Assembly (NCBI GenBank): GCA_944363785.1
Contig: CALVVF010000003.1
Coordinates: 7,011 to 71,010 of the forward strand
Direction: 5' to 3'
Source: an uncultured Bacilli bacterium
GTDB taxonomy: Bacteria; Bacillota_I; Bacilli_A; RF39; UBA660
DNA length: 64,000 nucleotides
Under the pieces are notes generated by a model. The model did not search any database and had not been told where the DNA came from. It saw only the letters and a program-made list of their open reading frames with translations. The translations under genes were made by a program, and so were the position numbers. Of the stretch, positions 18,315 to 30,377 are shown in pieces. Positions within the stretch are counted from its first letter, which is position 1. Every line of letters begins with the position of its first letter.

Positions 18315-19112
18315 TTAGTCTTCTTTTTGTAGTAATCGTTTGCTTAAAAATTTGGCAATTCCATCTTCATTATTCGTTAAGGTGATTTCTTTGGATACTT
18401 TTTTTACTTCGGGTAAGGCATTTCCCATAGCGACACTATACACATTTGAGTTCATTACTTCTAAATCGTTAAGCCCATCTCCAAAATAGAGAATTTGCTG
18501 TTCGTTTATTCCTTTTTGTGTAGCATAATCTAACAATGTCGTAAATTTACTTATCCCTTTGGGATTAATCACGAGCCACCCTGATTTATCTTCAGAACCT
18601 TGCATGAGAAAGCAATTTAGATCAGGATGATTCTTCTTTATCTTATCTCGGTATTTTTCTAACTTAGTATTCTCTGGGAAGTAGATATTTATCCTCATAA
18701 TCGGCTCTTTTATTTCGGATAAAGAGTCAATATCGATAATGAATGGTTTATTAGCATTACTTTTTTGTTTGTAAATATAGTAAGCATTATTCGTACAGAA
18801 ATCTATTCTCTCACAAAACGGTTCTACCTCTTTTTTTATTTCTTGTACAAGTGGTAGAGAAATCTCTCCTTTGATTTGAGTAGATGCGGTTTCACAATGA
18901 TAAATACAACCTCCATTGTTTAAAATAATGTCATCAAATAATTCTACTGAACAAGCATCTTCCATACTAGTTAATATTCTAGCGGTTACTGCCACTACTT
19001 TATAGCCCAATTCTCTACACTTCTGTAACACTTCCTTAGTCGTTGATGTTACTTTTTTCTCATCTGTTAGTAGTGTCCCATCTAAATCCATAGCGATTAT
19101 TTTAATATCCAT
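18315..19112 (-). CDS. Cof-type HAD-IIB hydrolase
   Basis: The motifs AMDLDGTLL and GDGLNDLEVM are present. Confidence 0.85.
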   Translation of the reverse strand: MDIKIIAMDLDGTLLTDEKKVTSTTKEVLQKCRELGYKVVAVTARILTSMEDACSVELFDDIILNNGGCIYHCETASTQIKGEISLPLVQEIKKEVEPFCERIDFCTNNAYYIYKQKSNANKPFIIDIDSLSEIKEPIMRINIYFPENTKLEKYRDKIKKNHPDLNCFLMQGSEDKSGWLVINPKGISKFTTLLDYATQKGINEQQILYFGDGLNDLEVMNSNVYSVAMGNALPEVKKVSKEITLTNNEDGIAKFLSKRLLQKED

Positions 19113-19193
19113 TTTCTATCCCACCATTTCACTATCTATCTTACCATATTTTTAGCCAAAAAAAAAGTTCTTCAAGAACTCTTAAAGAACTTA

Positions 19194-19538
19194 TTATTTT
19201 ACTAATTCTAAAATTACCATTAAGGCGTCGTCGCCTCTTCTTTCAGTCAATTTAACGATTCTTGTATATCCACCGTTTCTTTCTTGATAACGAGGAGCTA
19301 ATTCGTCAAATATTTTCTTGACTGCTTCAGTATCGTTATGAAGAAATGCTAATGCCTTTCTTCTAGCTACTAAGCTACCATCTTTTCCATAGGAGATCAT
19401 TTTATCTACAAATTTACGTACTTCTTTTGCTCTTGTTTCGGTTGTTGTGATCTTCTCATTCATGATAACATCTTTTGTTTGGTTAGCTAATAAACTTCTT
19501 CTATGCTTGTTATCACGACCTAGTTTTCGGTATGCCAT
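19194..19538 (-). CDS. rplQ: 50S ribosomal protein L17
   Basis: It follows rpoA; [17 protein letters not shown] is present. Confidence 0.9.
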   Translation of the reverse strand: MAYRKLGRDNKHRRSLLANQTKDVIMNEKITTTETRAKEVRKFVDKMISYGKDGSLVARRKALAFLHNDTEAVKKIFDELAPRYQERNGGYTRIVKLTERRGDDALMVILELVK

Positions 19539-19557
19539 AATCTATCCTCCTTACTAA

Positions 19558-20508
19558 TTAGTCATTATCACGAAGTATTAATCCTAAATCTCTTACTTTA
19601 TCTAATACTTCTTTTAGGGATTTCTTTCCTAAATTACGGATTTTCATCATATCAGCTTCTGACTTGTTAACTAAATCTTGAAGTGTATGAATACCAGCTC
19701 GTTTTAAGCAATTATAAGCACGAACTGAGAAGTCTAAATCTTCTATTGTCGTTTCTAATGCTTTTACTTTTGGATCTTCTGTTTTTTCGATCATTAGTCC
19801 TGTTACATCAGCAATATTGCTTAAATCAGTTAATAATTGGAAATGTTCGATTAAGATACGTGAAGCTAAGGCAATTGCTTCTTCTGGCTTCATAGAACCA
19901 TTTGTCCATACTTCTAGAACTAATTTGTCATAGCTTTCATCTTGTCCTACTCTAGCAGGTTGTACTTCATAGGATACTCTTTCGATTGGAGAATATAGTG
20001 AATCAATTGCGATGGTACCAACTTTCTTATCTGTTAAAAGTTTTTTGTTATCATCACTCTTTACATATCCTCTACCATTTCCTACTGTCATTTCCATTAC
20101 TAAACTTCCGCCCTTAGCGATATTAGCAATTACTTTGTCAGGATTTAGAATTTCGATATCAGCATCTTTTTCAAAATCTCCAGCTGTAACTGGTCCTTCT
20201 TTACTTACATTTAAGTGAAGAACTTTATTTTCTTTTGTATGATTTTTGATAACGATATCTTTTAAATTCAATACAATCAAGGAAACATCTTCAATTACAC
20301 CATCGATCGTTTGGAATTCGTGTGAAACACCTTCGATTTTTACACTTGTGATCGCACTACCTGGTAGTGAAGATAACATTACTCTACGTAAAGCATTACC
20401 AAGTGTAGTTCCAAATCCTCTCTCTAATGGTTCTAGTTCAAATTTTCCATAAAAATTACTTTCTACATAATCCGTAATTTTATATACTGGTTTTTCAAAT
20501 TGTAACAT
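19558..20508 (-). CDS. rpoA: DNA-directed RNA polymerase subunit alpha
   Basis: MLQFEKP begins at the ATG 20508 with the RBS GGAGGAGAG. The N-terminal and C-terminal domains are conserved. Confidence 0.9.
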   Translation of the reverse strand: MLQFEKPVYKITDYVESNFYGKFELEPLERGFGTTLGNALRRVMLSSLPGSAITSVKIEGVSHEFQTIDGVIEDVSLIVLNLKDIVIKNHTKENKVLHLNVSKEGPVTAGDFEKDADIEILNPDKVIANIAKGGSLVMEMTVGNGRGYVKSDDNKKLLTDKKVGTIAIDSLYSPIERVSYEVQPARVGQDESYDKLVLEVWTNGSMKPEEAIALASRILIEHFQLLTDLSNIADVTGLMIEKTEDPKVKALETTIEDLDFSVRAYNCLKRAGIHTLQDLVNKSEADMMKIRNLGKKSLKEVLDKVRDLGLILRDND

Positions 20509-20528
20509 GAAACTCTCCTCCTTTTTCA

Positions 20529-20912
20529 TTACCCACGTGGGCGTTTTGGTGGACGACATCCGTTATGTGGAATTGGTGTTACATCTGAAATTGAAGTAAC
20601 CTCTAATCCAGCTGTCTGTAATGAACGAATAGCTGTTTCACGTCCAGGACCCATACCCTTTACGAAAATCTCTACTTTACGCATTCCGATATCGTAAGCA
20701 GCTTTTCCTGCAGCTTCTGCTGCCATACCAGCAGCAAATGGTGTAGATTTTTTACTACCTTTAAATCCGATAGCTCCACTACTAGCCCAACTAATTGCAT
20801 TACCATCTTTATCTGTAATCGTTACGATTGTATTATTGAATGTGGAATGAATATGAGCTATTCCTTCGGGTACATTCTTTTTGACTTTTCTTTTTCTCGT
20901 TTTATATGCCAT
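20529..20912 (-). CDS. rpsK: 30S ribosomal protein S11
   Basis: [15 protein letters not shown] is present. The start is the ATG 20912 with the RBS GGAGGT. Confidence 0.9.
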   Translation of the reverse strand: MAYKTRKRKVKKNVPEGIAHIHSTFNNTIVTITDKDGNAISWASSGAIGFKGSKKSTPFAAGMAAEAAGKAAYDIGMRKVEIFVKGMGPGRETAIRSLQTAGLEVTSISDVTPIPHNGCRPPKRPRG

Positions 20913-20938
20913 AAGTCTGACCTCCATTTCTAACTATT

Positions 20939-21304
20939 TTATTTCTTTTTATTTGCGATTGTCTTTGGTTTTCCTTTACGAGTACGTGCATTTCTGTTTG
21001 TTCTTTGTCCTCTTACTGGTAATCCTTTTTTATGCATTCTACCTTGGTAAGAATTAATTTCCATTTTTGTTTTGATATTCATGTTTACTTCACGACGAAG
21101 ATCACCTTCTGTCGTATACTTATTTACTTCATCACGTAAACGTGCCAATTCATCATTATCTAAGTCTTTAGCCTTTTTAGTTGGTTCTACTTTAGCATCC
21201 TTACAAATCGTACTAGCTAAGTTTCTTCCAATTCCATAAATACTTGTCAATGCGATTGATACGTGTTTCTCATTAGGTAGATCGATTCCTTTAATACGTG
21301 CCAT
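20939..21304 (-). CDS. rpsM: 30S ribosomal protein S13
   Basis: [15 protein letters not shown] is present. Confidence 0.95.
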   Translation of the reverse strand: MARIKGIDLPNEKHVSIALTSIYGIGRNLASTICKDAKVEPTKKAKDLDNDELARLRDEVNKYTTEGDLRREVNMNIKTKMEINSYQGRMHKKGLPVRGQRTNRNARTRKGKPKTIANKKK

Positions 21305-21322
21305 ACATACACCTCCTATTTA

Positions 21323-21436
21323 TTATCCTTGTTTTTGCTTGTGCTTTGGATTTTCACAGATAATCATAACTTTACCTTTTCTTCTGATTACTCTGCACTT
21401 TGCACACATTGGTTTTACAGATGCTTTGACTTTCAT
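21323..21436 (-). CDS. rpmJ: 50S ribosomal protein L36
   Basis: Manual translation gives [37 protein letters not shown] with the RBS GGAGGGA. It is absent from the ORF track because it is only 37 aa. Confidence 0.9.
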   Translation of the reverse strand: MKVKASVKPMCAKCRVIRRKGKVMIICENPKHKQKQG

Positions 21437-21447
21437 TATAATCCCTC

Positions 21448-21663
21448 CTACTTTCTATAGGTTATCCGTCCATGTTTTGGGTCGTAAGGCGATAATTCGA
21501 CTACTACGGTGTCACCTGGTAAAATGCGAATGTAGTTCATTCGGATTTTACCAGAAACATGGGCTTCTACAATGTGACCATTTTCTATTTGTACTTTAAA
21601 CTTGCCACCTGGTATGATTTCTAGAACTTTTCCTTCTACTTCTATAATATCATCTTTAGCCAT
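21448..21663 (-). CDS. infA: translation initiation factor IF-1
   Basis: [18 protein letters not shown] is present. Confidence 0.95.
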   Translation of the reverse strand: MAKDDIIEVEGKVLEIIPGGKFKVQIENGHIVEAHVSGKIRMNYIRILPGDTVVVELSPYDPKHGRITYRK

Positions 21664-21670
21664 TCCATTC

Positions 21671-22417
21671 TCACTCTCCCGTCAAAATTTGATATCCATC
21701 TTCGGTTACTGCTACTGTATGCTCATAATGAGCTGAAGGTTTGCCATCTGCTGTTTCAATTGTCCAGTCATCATCTAACATATAGATATCCGCTGTTCCT
21801 AAATTCAACATTGGCTCAACAGCAATTACCATACCTTTTTTTAATAATGGCCCTGTTCCTCGTTTACCATAATTAGGAACTTCTGGGTCCTCATGGACAT
21901 TAGTTCCAACACCATGTCCCACTAATTCTTTTACAACACCAAGATTGTGTTTTAAAGCATATTGTTCAATTGCATATCCAATATCGCCAACTCTATTACC
22001 TGGTTTAACTTGTTTTAAACCTTCGAATAGTGCCTTTTCTGTATGCTCCATTAGATATTGTTTCTCCTCATCTACTTCACCTATAGCATAGGTCCAAGCA
22101 GAATCACCATGAAAACCTTTATAGCAAGCACCGATATCTACTGATATGATATCACCATTTTTTAATTTTGTCTTCCCAGGAATACCATGTACTACTTGAT
22201 TATTAATACTAGTACAAACACTACCTGGAAAACCACCATATCCCTTAAAAGAAGGTGTTGCTTCTTTACTACGAATAAAATCTTCGGCTAGTTTATCTAT
22301 TTCCTCAGTTGTGATTCCTTCTTTTAAGAATGGTTTCAAGTATTGATGAGTCTGATAAACAATATTACCAGCTTGCTTCATCAATTCTATTTCTCTATTA
22401 CTTTTTATTGTAATCAT
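21671..22417 (-). CDS. map: type I methionine aminopeptidase
   Basis: It has the Map fold, HGIP, and DIGA..GDS metal ligands. Confidence 0.9.
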   Translation of the reverse strand: MITIKSNREIELMKQAGNIVYQTHQYLKPFLKEGITTEEIDKLAEDFIRSKEATPSFKGYGGFPGSVCTSINNQVVHGIPGKTKLKNGDIISVDIGACYKGFHGDSAWTYAIGEVDEEKQYLMEHTEKALFEGLKQVKPGNRVGDIGYAIEQYALKHNLGVVKELVGHGVGTNVHEDPEVPNYGKRGTGPLLKKGMVIAVEPMLNLGTADIYMLDDDWTIETADGKPSAHYEHTVAVTEDGYQILTGE

Positions 22418-23074
22418 CTAACTCATCTCTTTTTCTATGATAGATGTGATCTTATGGAAGACTTCTTCTTTCTTTCCCATACTATCGACAATATATAGTT
22501 TATTTTGTTTCTGATAGTATTCAATCAGAGGTTCAGTTTGTTTTTTGTATTCACGATATCTTATTCCAAAAGATTTTTCATTATCATCTTCTCTTTGATA
22601 TAACTCATGTCCACACTTATCACAAATAGACTCATTTTCAGGTTTTAACGAGGGTTCTGTAACATTGTAAATTGCACCGCAATTTTTACATAGTCTTCTG
22701 CCTGTTATTCTTTTTTTCAAGCATTCTTCTGTTGCTTCTAGTAAAAGAACATAATCAATTTTATCTTCTTTTTCGGCTAATATTTTATCGAGTTCTTGTG
22801 CTTGAAAAATATTTCTTGGGAACCCATCTAGTAAGAAATTATGATTGCTAGCTTCCTGCATATAACTGTCGATTAATTGGAAGATAATTTCATCGCTAAC
22901 TAAATTTCCACTCGATAAGGTTTCTTGAATTCTCCTACCTAAATCGTTATCTTCACGGGCTACTTTCCTAAGAAGATCACCCGTAGATAAGTGATTTAAG
23001 TGATATTTTTTTTCTAATAATTCAGCTTGTGTCCCCTTCCCGGCAGCGGGAGGAGCTAGTAAAATAATATTCAT
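22418..23074 (-). CDS. adk: adenylate kinase
   Basis: The GPPAAGKGTQA P-loop and the CxxC..CxxC zinc lid are present. Confidence 0.95.
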   Translation of the reverse strand: MNIILLAPPAAGKGTQAELLEKKYHLNHLSTGDLLRKVAREDNDLGRRIQETLSSGNLVSDEIIFQLIDSYMQEASNHNFLLDGFPRNIFQAQELDKILAEKEDKIDYVLLLEATEECLKKRITGRRLCKNCGAIYNVTEPSLKPENESICDKCGHELYQREDDNEKSFGIRYREYKKQTEPLIEYYQKQNKLYIVDSMGKKEEVFHKITSIIEKEMS

Positions 23075-23077
23075 TTA

Positions 23078-24358
23078 TTATTTTCTCCTATAGCCTTTTC
23101 GATAACTTCTAGTAACTAAACTTCCTTCTAATTGCTTGTAGGTTTCTAACGCTACACCAACTACGATTAGAAGTCCAGTACCACCAATTGTTACACTAGT
23201 AGGTAACGAAATCTTATCTGATAGATTAACTAATGCTGTAAATACGATTGGTAAGCCGGCTATGATAATTAAGAAGATAGATCCGACTACTGTTAATCTA
23301 GATAAAACTTTGCTGACATATGTTTCTGTTTCCTTACCTGGTCTTACTCCTGGAATATAACCACCATTTTGTTGTAGGTTTTTTGATAACTCTTCTGGTT
23401 TGATTTGAATAAAGGTATAAAAATAACCAAAGAAGAAAATCAAAAGTACATATAGTAAGAAACCTACAGGTGTAGAATAAGATAAATAACTATTACAGAA
23501 ATTGATAAATCCTTGATTGCCACTAAATTGAGCAATAGTTATAGGGATTGCTAAGAAACTTGATGCAAAAATAACCGGTACCACTCCAGCCGAATTAATT
23601 TTAATTGGCATATAACTTTGTGGATTACCATATCCACTAGTGGTTTTATTGGCATATTGAATCGGAATTTTACGATCGGCTTCCTGTACCCAAATTACAC
23701 CAATAATAATTAAAAAGTACACGATAATAAATGCAACAAATAAAGCAATTCCTAATGGTAGGACTAATTCAGAATCTATAATTAGGCCTTGGAAAGCTTG
23801 AATAAACATTGTCGGTAATTCTTTGATAATACCTGCCATGATAATTAAGCTCATTCCATTTCCAATACCTTTTTTAGTAATTCTATCTCCTAACCAAAGA
23901 GTAAAAGCAGTACCAGCTGTTAATATCGTTGCGATATATAAGTGATCTAATGCACTTGATGCATTGAAGAAAGCGAATGAAAAAGCAAATCCTTCAATGA
24001 ATGCAAAGATAATTCCCATATATCGTGTAATTTGATTTATTTTCTGTCTACCAACTGGTCCTTGTTTATTGAGTTCACTAAAGTAAGGAACAATATCTAG
24101 TTGTAATAATTGCATGATGATGGATGCTGAGATATAAGGCATTACTCCTAACGCAAAGATTGAGAAATTACGTAAGGATCCACCACCCATAGCATTAATT
24201 AGATCTAGAAATCCCAAGTTACTGGTAATTTCAGTCGTTCCCGGAACTCGAATTGAAGTTCCGATAACGAAGATCATTAAAGCAACCAACGTAAAGCCGA
24301 TTCTTTTTCGCAAATCTTTATTCGTCGGTGCAAATAACTGTTTCAAAGTTTGAAACAT
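23078..24358 (-). CDS. secY: preprotein translocase subunit SecY
   Basis: It is a 426-aa polytopic protein in the spc operon position. Confidence 0.95.
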   Translation of the reverse strand: MFQTLKQLFAPTNKDLRKRIGFTLVALMIFVIGTSIRVPGTTEITSNLGFLDLINAMGGGSLRNFSIFALGVMPYISASIIMQLLQLDIVPYFSELNKQGPVGRQKINQITRYMGIIFAFIEGFAFSFAFFNASSALDHLYIATILTAGTAFTLWLGDRITKKGIGNGMSLIIMAGIIKELPTMFIQAFQGLIIDSELVLPLGIALFVAFIIVYFLIIIGVIWVQEADRKIPIQYANKTTSGYGNPQSYMPIKINSAGVVPVIFASSFLAIPITIAQFSGNQGFINFCNSYLSYSTPVGFLLYVLLIFFFGYFYTFIQIKPEELSKNLQQNGGYIPGVRPGKETETYVSKVLSRLTVVGSIFLIIIAGLPIVFTALVNLSDKISLPTSVTIGGTGLLIVVGVALETYKQLEGSLVTRSYRKGYRRK

Positions 24359-24359
24359 A

Positions 24360-24803
24360 TTAGATCACCTCGGCTTTACTTCCTGACTTTTCGATTTTAA
24401 CTAGTGCACTAGCTGAAAATTTATTGGCTTGAATCGTAAGCTTCTTTGTTAATTCACCTGAAGCTAATACTTTGATTCCATCTAATTGATTTTTAATTAA
24501 TCCTACTTCTTTTAGTAAAGCAGGAGTTACTACTGTACCATCTTCAAAACGATTAAGATCGTCTAAATTAATTACTGCATATACTACTTTGAATTTTGCA
24601 TTTGTAAATCCACGTTTTGGTAAGCGTCTATATAATGGTAACTGTCCACCTTCAAATACAGCTCCCTTTCCGCCTCCACTACGGGCTTTTTGACCTTTTT
24701 GTCCTCTTCCTGAAGTCTTTCCTAAACCACTTCCGCGACCATTACCTAATCTTTTTTTTCTATGTGTAGCCCCTTCATTGGCTACTAATTCATGTAACTT
24801 CAT
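24360..24803 (-). CDS. rplO: 50S ribosomal protein L15
   Basis: It is Gly/Arg-rich ([14 protein letters not shown]). Confidence 0.9.
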   Translation of the reverse strand: MKLHELVANEGATHRKKRLGNGRGSGLGKTSGRGQKGQKARSGGGKGAVFEGGQLPLYRRLPKRGFTNAKFKVVYAVINLDDLNRFEDGTVVTPALLKEVGLIKNQLDGIKVLASGELTKKLTIQANKFSASALVKIEKSGSKAEVI

Positions 24804-25312
24804 TATCCGATAATCTCCTCTTCTGTTTTTCCTCTTAGTCTTGCTACTTCTTCTACAGATTTTACAGATTTTAAGGCGTTGATCGTAGCGGTTGCCATAT
24901 TTAATTTGGTACGGCTCCCAAGTGATTTAGATAGGATGTCACGAACACCAGCAAGTTCTAAAACTGCACGAACTGCGCCACCAGCGATGACTCCAGTACC
25001 AGCTGCAGCAGGCTTTAGGAATACTTTAGCAGCACCATTTACACCTGTTACTTCATGTTGGATTGTTCTACCATCGACTAAAGGAATTCTAACTATACTC
25101 TTAGTAGCAGCTTGAATTGCTTTTTTGATCGCATCTGGAACTTCATTGGCCTTGCCAACTCCTAAGCCAACGCGACCTTTTCTATCCCCAACAACTACAC
25201 AAGCTGAGAAGCGTCTTTTACGTCCACCTTTAGTAACTTTTACGACAGACTTTACTTCGACAACTAATTCTTCTAGCTCTTTTTGTTTTGGGTCATTATT
25301 TCTATTTTGCAT
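24803..25312 (-). CDS. rpsE: 30S ribosomal protein S5
   Basis: [15 protein letters not shown] is present. It directly abuts rplO, so there is no rpmD. Confidence 0.95.
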   Translation of the reverse strand: MQNRNNDPKQKELEELVVEVKSVVKVTKGGRKRRFSACVVVGDRKGRVGLGVGKANEVPDAIKKAIQAATKSIVRIPLVDGRTIQHEVTGVNGAAKVFLKPAAAGTGVIAGGAVRAVLELAGVRDILSKSLGSRTKLNMATATINALKSVKSVEEVARLRGKTEEEIIG

Positions 25313-25325
25313 AATTTCCCTCCTA

Positions 25326-25682
25326 TTAGAATTCTAATCCTTTGTCACGTGCAGCGGTAGCTAATGCTTCTACACGTCCATGATAAAGGTATCCACCTCT
25401 ATCGAATACTACTTTAGTAATTCCGGCTTTTTTTGCTTCTAAAGCGATTTGTTCACCTACTTTAGTCGCAGCTTCCTTATTGCCACCATTTTCTAATTTT
25501 AGACTTAATGATGAGGCACTCGCTAAAGTAATACCATTTTCATCATCGATGATTTGCGCAGAGATATTCTTATTTGAGCGGAAAACACATAATCTTGGTA
25601 TTTCAGCTGTACCAACGATCTTGTTTCTTACTCTTTCATGTCTTACTTTACGCATTTCATTGCGAGAAATCTTTTTGATCAT
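25326..25682 (-). CDS. rplR: 50S ribosomal protein L18
   Basis: [12 protein letters not shown] is present. Confidence 0.9.
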   Translation of the reverse strand: MIKKISRNEMRKVRHERVRNKIVGTAEIPRLCVFRSNKNISAQIIDDENGITLASASSLSLKLENGGNKEAATKVGEQIALEAKKAGITKVVFDRGGYLYHGRVEALATAARDKGLEF

Positions 25683-25712
25683 AAGTAACTTCTCCCTTCT
25701 ACTTATTTATTA

Positions 25713-26249
25713 TTAAGCAGCTTTCTTTCCTTCTTTACGACGAACATGTTCATCTTTGTAACGGATACCCTTTCCTTTATATGGTTCAGGTTCTCTTACT
25801 TTTCTGATTTTTGCTGCAAATTCACCTACTAATACTTTATCGATTCCACTAACGGTAATCTCGGTATTTGATATTGCTTCTACTTGAATACCAGCTGGTA
25901 TTTCAAGTTCAACTGGATGAGAATATCCAGCACTGATCACTAATGTAGATCCTTTTACGTTAAAACGGTAACCTACACCGATGATCTCTAATCCCTTTTT
26001 AAAGCCATGCATTACACCTTCGATCATATTATGAATACGTGCATTCATTGTTCCATGCATTGCCTTTGTCGTTTTCTCATCGTTTGCTCTTAAAACAGAA
26101 ACATTATTTCCTTCGATATTTACTGTAATTCCTTTTCCTAAAGCAAGTGATAATTCTCCTTTAGGTCCTTTAACATGAATGTTATTGTCTTCATTTGTTA
26201 CAGTTACACCTTCAGGTACTACAATTATTCTATTTCCAATACGACTCAT
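25713..26249 (-). CDS. rplF: 50S ribosomal protein L6
   Basis: MSRIGN..VKGPKGEL is present. Confidence 0.95.
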   Translation of the reverse strand: MSRIGNRIIVVPEGVTVTNEDNNIHVKGPKGELSLALGKGITVNIEGNNVSVLRANDEKTTKAMHGTMNARIHNMIEGVMHGFKKGLEIIGVGYRFNVKGSTLVISAGYSHPVELEIPAGIQVEAISNTEITVSGIDKVLVGEFAAKIRKVREPEPYKGKGIRYKDEHVRRKEGKKAA

Positions 26250-26270
26250 TATCTCGCACCTCCTTCGATT

Positions 26271-26672
26271 TTACCAAATATAAGCTAGTACTTCTCCACC
26301 TAGTGTTTGTTTACGAGCGTCTTTGTCGGTCATGATTCCACGTGATGTAGAAATAATCGCAATTCCTAACCCATTCAACACTTTTGGTACATCTTCTGCT
26401 TTTGCATAAACTCTTAATCCAGGCTTAGAAATTCTCTTTAATCCTGTGATTACTCGTTCCTTATTTGGACCATATTTTAATGTGATAAGAATTGTACCTT
26501 GTACGTTTTCATCTAACACTTTATAGTCCTTTATAAATCCCTCTTCTTTTAAAATTCTAGCAAGTTCTAATTTTAGTTTAGAAGCAGGCACTTTAACTTC
26601 CGTATAACGCATACTATTAGCATTACGAATTCTCGTAAGCATATCTGCGATTGTATCTGTTACTACAGCCAT
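26271..26672 (-). CDS. rpsH: 30S ribosomal protein S8
   Basis: [13 protein letters not shown] is present. Confidence 0.95.
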   Translation of the reverse strand: MAVVTDTIADMLTRIRNANSMRYTEVKVPASKLKLELARILKEEGFIKDYKVLDENVQGTILITLKYGPNKERVITGLKRISKPGLRVYAKAEDVPKVLNGLGIAIISTSRGIMTDKDARKQTLGGEVLAYIW

Positions 26673-26692
26673 ATTAATTAAATCCTCCTTCC

Positions 26693-26878
26693 CTACCAGC
26701 TTGATTTCTTCACACCTGGTATTTGTCCTTTGTTTGCTAATTCTCTAAAACAAATACGGCAGATTCCAAATTTGCTCATTACTGCATGAGGTCTACCACA
26801 TCTTTCGCAACGTGTATATTCACGTACTTTGAATTTTTGTTTTCTATTAGCCTTTACTTTCATACTTTTCTTTGCCAT
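26693..26878 (-). CDS. rpsN: 30S ribosomal protein S14 type Z (zinc-binding)
   Basis: The protein is 61 aa with a [15 protein letters not shown] Cys4 site. Confidence 0.9.
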   Translation of the reverse strand: MAKKSMKVKANRKQKFKVREYTRCERCGRPHAVMSKFGICRICFRELANKGQIPGVKKSSW

Positions 26879-26890
26879 AATATCCTCCTA

Positions 26891-27430
26891 TTACTTTCTA
26901 AAAGGAATTCCAAGTTTATCTAACAAGTCATACGCTTCTTCATTTGTCTTTGCTGTTGTTACGAAAACAATATCCATTCCACGTACTTTTGCAATATTAT
27001 CATAATCGATTTCTGAGAAGATTAATTGTTCTTTGATTCCTAATGTATAATTTCCTCTTCCATCGAAAGCTTTAGGAGAAACTCCTCTGAAATCACGTAC
27101 ACGAGGTAACGCAATCGAAATTAACTTATCGACGAAGTTATACATGTTTTCACCACGTAAAGTTACTTTACAACCGATTGATTGTCCTTCTCTTACTTTG
27201 AAACCAGCTATAGATTTCTTTGCTTTAGTAATGACTGGCTTTTGACCTGCAATCATCTCTAAATCTTTAACGGCAGCATCGATTAGTTTAGAATTACTTG
27301 TTGCATCTCCGACACCGATATTGATTACTACTTTCTCTAATTTTGGCACTTCCATTTTACTAGTGTAGCCATTTTTTTCAATTAAACTTGGAACTACTTC
27401 ATTAAGATATTTTTCTTTTAGGCGGTTCAT
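26891..27430 (-). CDS. rplE: 50S ribosomal protein L5
   Basis: [16 protein letters not shown] is present. Confidence 0.95.
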   Translation of the reverse strand: MNRLKEKYLNEVVPSLIEKNGYTSKMEVPKLEKVVINIGVGDATSNSKLIDAAVKDLEMIAGQKPVITKAKKSIAGFKVREGQSIGCKVTLRGENMYNFVDKLISIALPRVRDFRGVSPKAFDGRGNYTLGIKEQLIFSEIDYDNIAKVRGMDIVFVTTAKTNEEAYDLLDKLGIPFRK

Positions 27431-27448
27431 ATATTACCCTCCTTCCAA

Positions 27449-27760
27449 TTAATCAATCTTTTCGTTTGATTTTTTTGAAATTCTACATTTTTTATTTGTT
27501 TTTTCATCGATCATATAACCGATTCTAGTGGTTTTCTTTGTTTTTGGATCGATCAACATAACATTGGAAGCATCGATTGGTGCTTCTACTTCAAGAATTC
27601 CACCCGTCTCTTGACCGTTTCCTTTTTTATGTTTTTTAACAATATGAGCTCCTTCGACGATTACTCTGTTCTCATCTTTAAAAGTCTTTGTTATTTTTCC
27701 TTCGACACCTTTACTAGACCCGGCTATTACTCTTACTTTGTCTCCAACTTTAAGTTTCAT
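27449..27760 (-). CDS. rplX: 50S ribosomal protein L24
   Basis: [14 protein letters not shown] is present. Confidence 0.9.
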   Translation of the reverse strand: MKLKVGDKVRVIAGSSKGVEGKITKTFKDENRVIVEGAHIVKKHKKGNGQETGGILEVEAPIDASNVMLIDPKTKKTTRIGYMIDEKTNKKCRISKKSNEKID

Positions 27761-27771
27761 AATATCCTCCT

Positions 27772-28140
27772 TTATAGCACTTCTTTAGCTAAAGATACTA
27801 TTTTCATAAAATCTTTGTCACGAAGTTCTCGTGCTACTGGTCCAAAGACACGAGTTCCAATTGGACTCTTATCGTCTTTAATGATTACGCAAGCATTATC
27901 GTCGAATTTAATATAACTTCCATCATCACGACGGACGCCTTGTTTACTTCTTACGATAACAGCTTTTACAACTTTTCCTTTTTTCACAGTTCCATTAGGT
28001 GTGGCATCTTTTACTGTACCAACAACTATGTCACCGATATTACCAGTTTTTACTTTGCTTCCCCCTAGTACACGAATCACTAATAGTTCTTTTGCACCAG
28101 AGTTGTCAGCTACTTTTAAACGGCTTTCTTGCTGTAACAT
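27772..28140 (-). CDS. rplN: 50S ribosomal protein L14
   Basis: [17 protein letters not shown] is present. Confidence 0.95.
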   Translation of the reverse strand: MLQQESRLKVADNSGAKELLVIRVLGGSKVKTGNIGDIVVGTVKDATPNGTVKKGKVVKAVIVRSKQGVRRDDGSYIKFDDNACVIIKDDKSPIGTRVFGPVARELRDKDFMKIVSLAKEVL

Positions 28141-28166
28141 AAATTATTTCCTCCTTCACCTAAGAG

Positions 28167-28427
28167 TTATAGAATAACTGCTTCTTTTATGATTTCTGCT
28201 AAATAGAAGTGTTTTGTCTTAGAAACTGGTTTACATTCTACGATTCTAACGGTATCTCCTACTTTCGCTTTATTTGATTCATCATGAGCGGCATATTTTT
28301 TAGAATATTTTACTCTTTTGCCATACTTAGGATGTTTTTTATATGTCTCTACTTTAACAGTAATTGTTTTGTTGTTACAAGCACTTACTACTGTACCAAC
28401 TAATTCTTTCTTAACTGATTCTCTCAT
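28167..28427 (-). CDS. rpsQ: 30S ribosomal protein S17
   Basis: [17 protein letters not shown]-like S17 motifs are present. Confidence 0.9.
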   Translation of the reverse strand: MRESVKKELVGTVVSACNNKTITVKVETYKKHPKYGKRVKYSKKYAAHDESNKAKVGDTVRIVECKPVSKTKHFYLAEIIKEAVIL

Positions 28428-28438
28428 GTAAACCCTCC

Positions 28439-28639
28439 TTAATTATTTTCCGATTCTTCACGTTCACGTAACACTGTTTTTAAACGAGCTACGTAATGTC
28501 TCAAATCTCTTATTCTTGAAGGTTTTTCTAGATTTCCTGTTGCTTGTTGTAATCTTAAATTAAATAATTCTTCTTTTGCTTCTTTGATCTTCGCAACGAT
28601 TTCTTCAGTGGTTAGTTCTCTTATTTCTTTAACCTTCAT
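28439..28639 (-). CDS. rpmC: 50S ribosomal protein L29
   Basis: [14 protein letters not shown] is present. The start was trimmed to the ATG that has the RBS GGTGGTGA. Confidence 0.85.
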   Translation of the reverse strand: MKVKEIRELTTEEIVAKIKEAKEELFNLRLQQATGNLEKPSRIRDLRHYVARLKTVLREREESENN

Positions 28640-29060
28640 TTTTTTCACCACCATCTTCTCTTTTTACAAATTTTGTTTTGATTGGTAATTTATGAGAAGC
28701 TAAACGAAGTGCTTCACGAGCAGTAGCTTCGTCAACACCAGCAACTTCGAACATGATCTTTCCTGTTTTAACAACAGCTACCCATGCTTCTACATTACCT
28801 TTACCTTTACCTTGACGTGTACCGATTGGTTTCTTCGTTAAAGGCATATGTGGGAAAATATTAATCCATACTTTTCCACCACGTTTCATATAACGTGTCA
28901 TTGCAATACGTGCTGCTTCGATTTGATTTGAAGTAATCCAAGCACCTTCTTTTGCCATTAATCCATATTCACCTTTATCTAATGTTGTATTTCCCTTAGC
29001 ATGACCTTCGTAAGGTAATCTATGAACACGACGATATTTTGTTCTAGATGGAATTAACAT
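28629..29060 (-). CDS. rplP: 50S ribosomal protein L16
   Basis: [10 protein letters not shown] is present. Confidence 0.95.
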   Translation of the reverse strand: MLIPSRTKYRRVHRLPYEGHAKGNTTLDKGEYGLMAKEGAWITSNQIEAARIAMTRYMKRGGKVWINIFPHMPLTKKPIGTRQGKGKGNVEAWVAVVKTGKIMFEVAGVDEATAREALRLASHKLPIKTKFVKREDGGEKNEG

Positions 29061-29062
29061 GA

Positions 29063-29716
29063 TTAATTACCTCCTTTAGCCTTTTTTGAAGGAAGAATTT
29101 CACCCTTATAAATCCATACTTTAACACCGATTTTTCCAAATGTTGTATCTGCTTCAGCAGTTGCATAATCGATGTCAGCACGAAGTGTATGTAGAGGAAT
29201 AGTTCCTTCTGTATATCCTTCGCTACGAGCCATATCTGCGCCACCAAGACGTCCTGATACTAAAGTTTTAATTCCTTTAGCGCCTGACTTCATAGCATTT
29301 CTAATTGCTCTTTTTTGTGCCATTCTGAATGATGCACGATTTTCAATTTGATTAGCGATAGAATTAGCTACAATTTGTGCATTCATATCTGGTTTTTTGA
29401 TATCAACGATAGAAATTTGTACTTCTTCGCCAATTTGTTTTGAAATTTCTTTTTTCAACTTTTCGATTGCTTCACCACCGCGACCGATGATAACACCAGG
29501 TTTAGCCGTATGAACTACAATCTCTGTTCTCTTAGAATTTCTTTCTACTTGTACTTTTGAAACAGCTGCGTCTTTAAGATTCTTAGCAAAGTATTCACGA
29601 ATTTTGATATCGTTATTTAAAAACTTTGCATAATCTTTTTTGTTTGCATACCATTTTGAGTCCCAGTCTTTATTTATTCCAAGTCTAAGTCCATTAGGAT
29701 TTACCTTTTGACCCAT
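29063..29716 (-). CDS. rpsC: 30S ribosomal protein S3
   Basis: [13 protein letters not shown] is present. Confidence 0.95.
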   Translation of the reverse strand: MGQKVNPNGLRLGINKDWDSKWYANKKDYAKFLNNDIKIREYFAKNLKDAAVSKVQVERNSKRTEIVVHTAKPGVIIGRGGEAIEKLKKEISKQIGEEVQISIVDIKKPDMNAQIVANSIANQIENRASFRMAQKRAIRNAMKSGAKGIKTLVSGRLGGADMARSEGYTEGTIPLHTLRADIDYATAEADTTFGKIGVKVWIYKGEILPSKKAKGGN

Positions 29717-29737
29717 TATATAACCCTCCTTATTAGA

Positions 29738-30070
29738 TTATCTCGTTGCCACAACGATGACGATGTGACTTGTTCTTTTATCGTTATGTCCAATATGACT
29801 ACGTGAGTCAAACATATGACGTTTCATAACTGGACCAGCATCTACTCTTGCCTCTTTTACATAAAGTTCATCACGGTTTGCACCATTATTATTGACAGCA
29901 TTACTAATTGCTGATTCTAGAACTTTTTTGGTAAGACGAGCAGGCTTTTTATTCATGTTATTTAAAATAACTAAGGCATCATTTACCTGTTTACCACGAA
30001 TTAAATCTACAACTAAACGAGCTTTAATTGGTGATACTCTAAGAGTTTTTGCGATTGCTCTTGCTTCCAT
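29738..30070 (-). CDS. rplV: 50S ribosomal protein L22
   Basis: It is in S10 operon context; AIAKTLRVSPIKARLV is present. Confidence 0.9.
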   Translation of the reverse strand: MEARAIAKTLRVSPIKARLVVDLIRGKQVNDALVILNNMNKKPARLTKKVLESAISNAVNNNGANRDELYVKEARVDAGPVMKRHMFDSRSHIGHNDKRTSHIVIVVATR

Positions 30071-30089
30071 ATTTCTCTCCTCCTAGTCA

Positions 30090-30359
30090 CTATTTCTTTT
30101 TATTGTCGCCGTGTCCACCAAACTTACGCGTAGGTGAGAATTCACCAAGTTTATGTCCTACCATATCTTCAGTTACATAAACTGGAATAAATTCTTTTCC
30201 ATTATGTACTGCGAATGTATGTCCAATAAATGCAGGATAGATAGTTGAACGACGTGACCAAGTTTTAATGACTTCTTTTTTTCCGGTTTCATTTAACTTA
30301 TTAACCTTATCTAATAATCTTTCAAAAACATAAGGTTTTTTCTTTGAACTTCTAGCCAT
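30090..30359 (-). CDS. rpsS: 30S ribosomal protein S19
   Basis: [17 protein letters not shown] is present. Confidence 0.95.
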   Translation of the reverse strand: MARSSKKKPYVFERLLDKVNKLNETGKKEVIKTWSRRSTIYPAFIGHTFAVHNGKEFIPVYVTEDMVGHKLGEFSPTRKFGGHGDNKKK

Positions 30360-30377
30360 TTTTCTAATCTTCCTTTC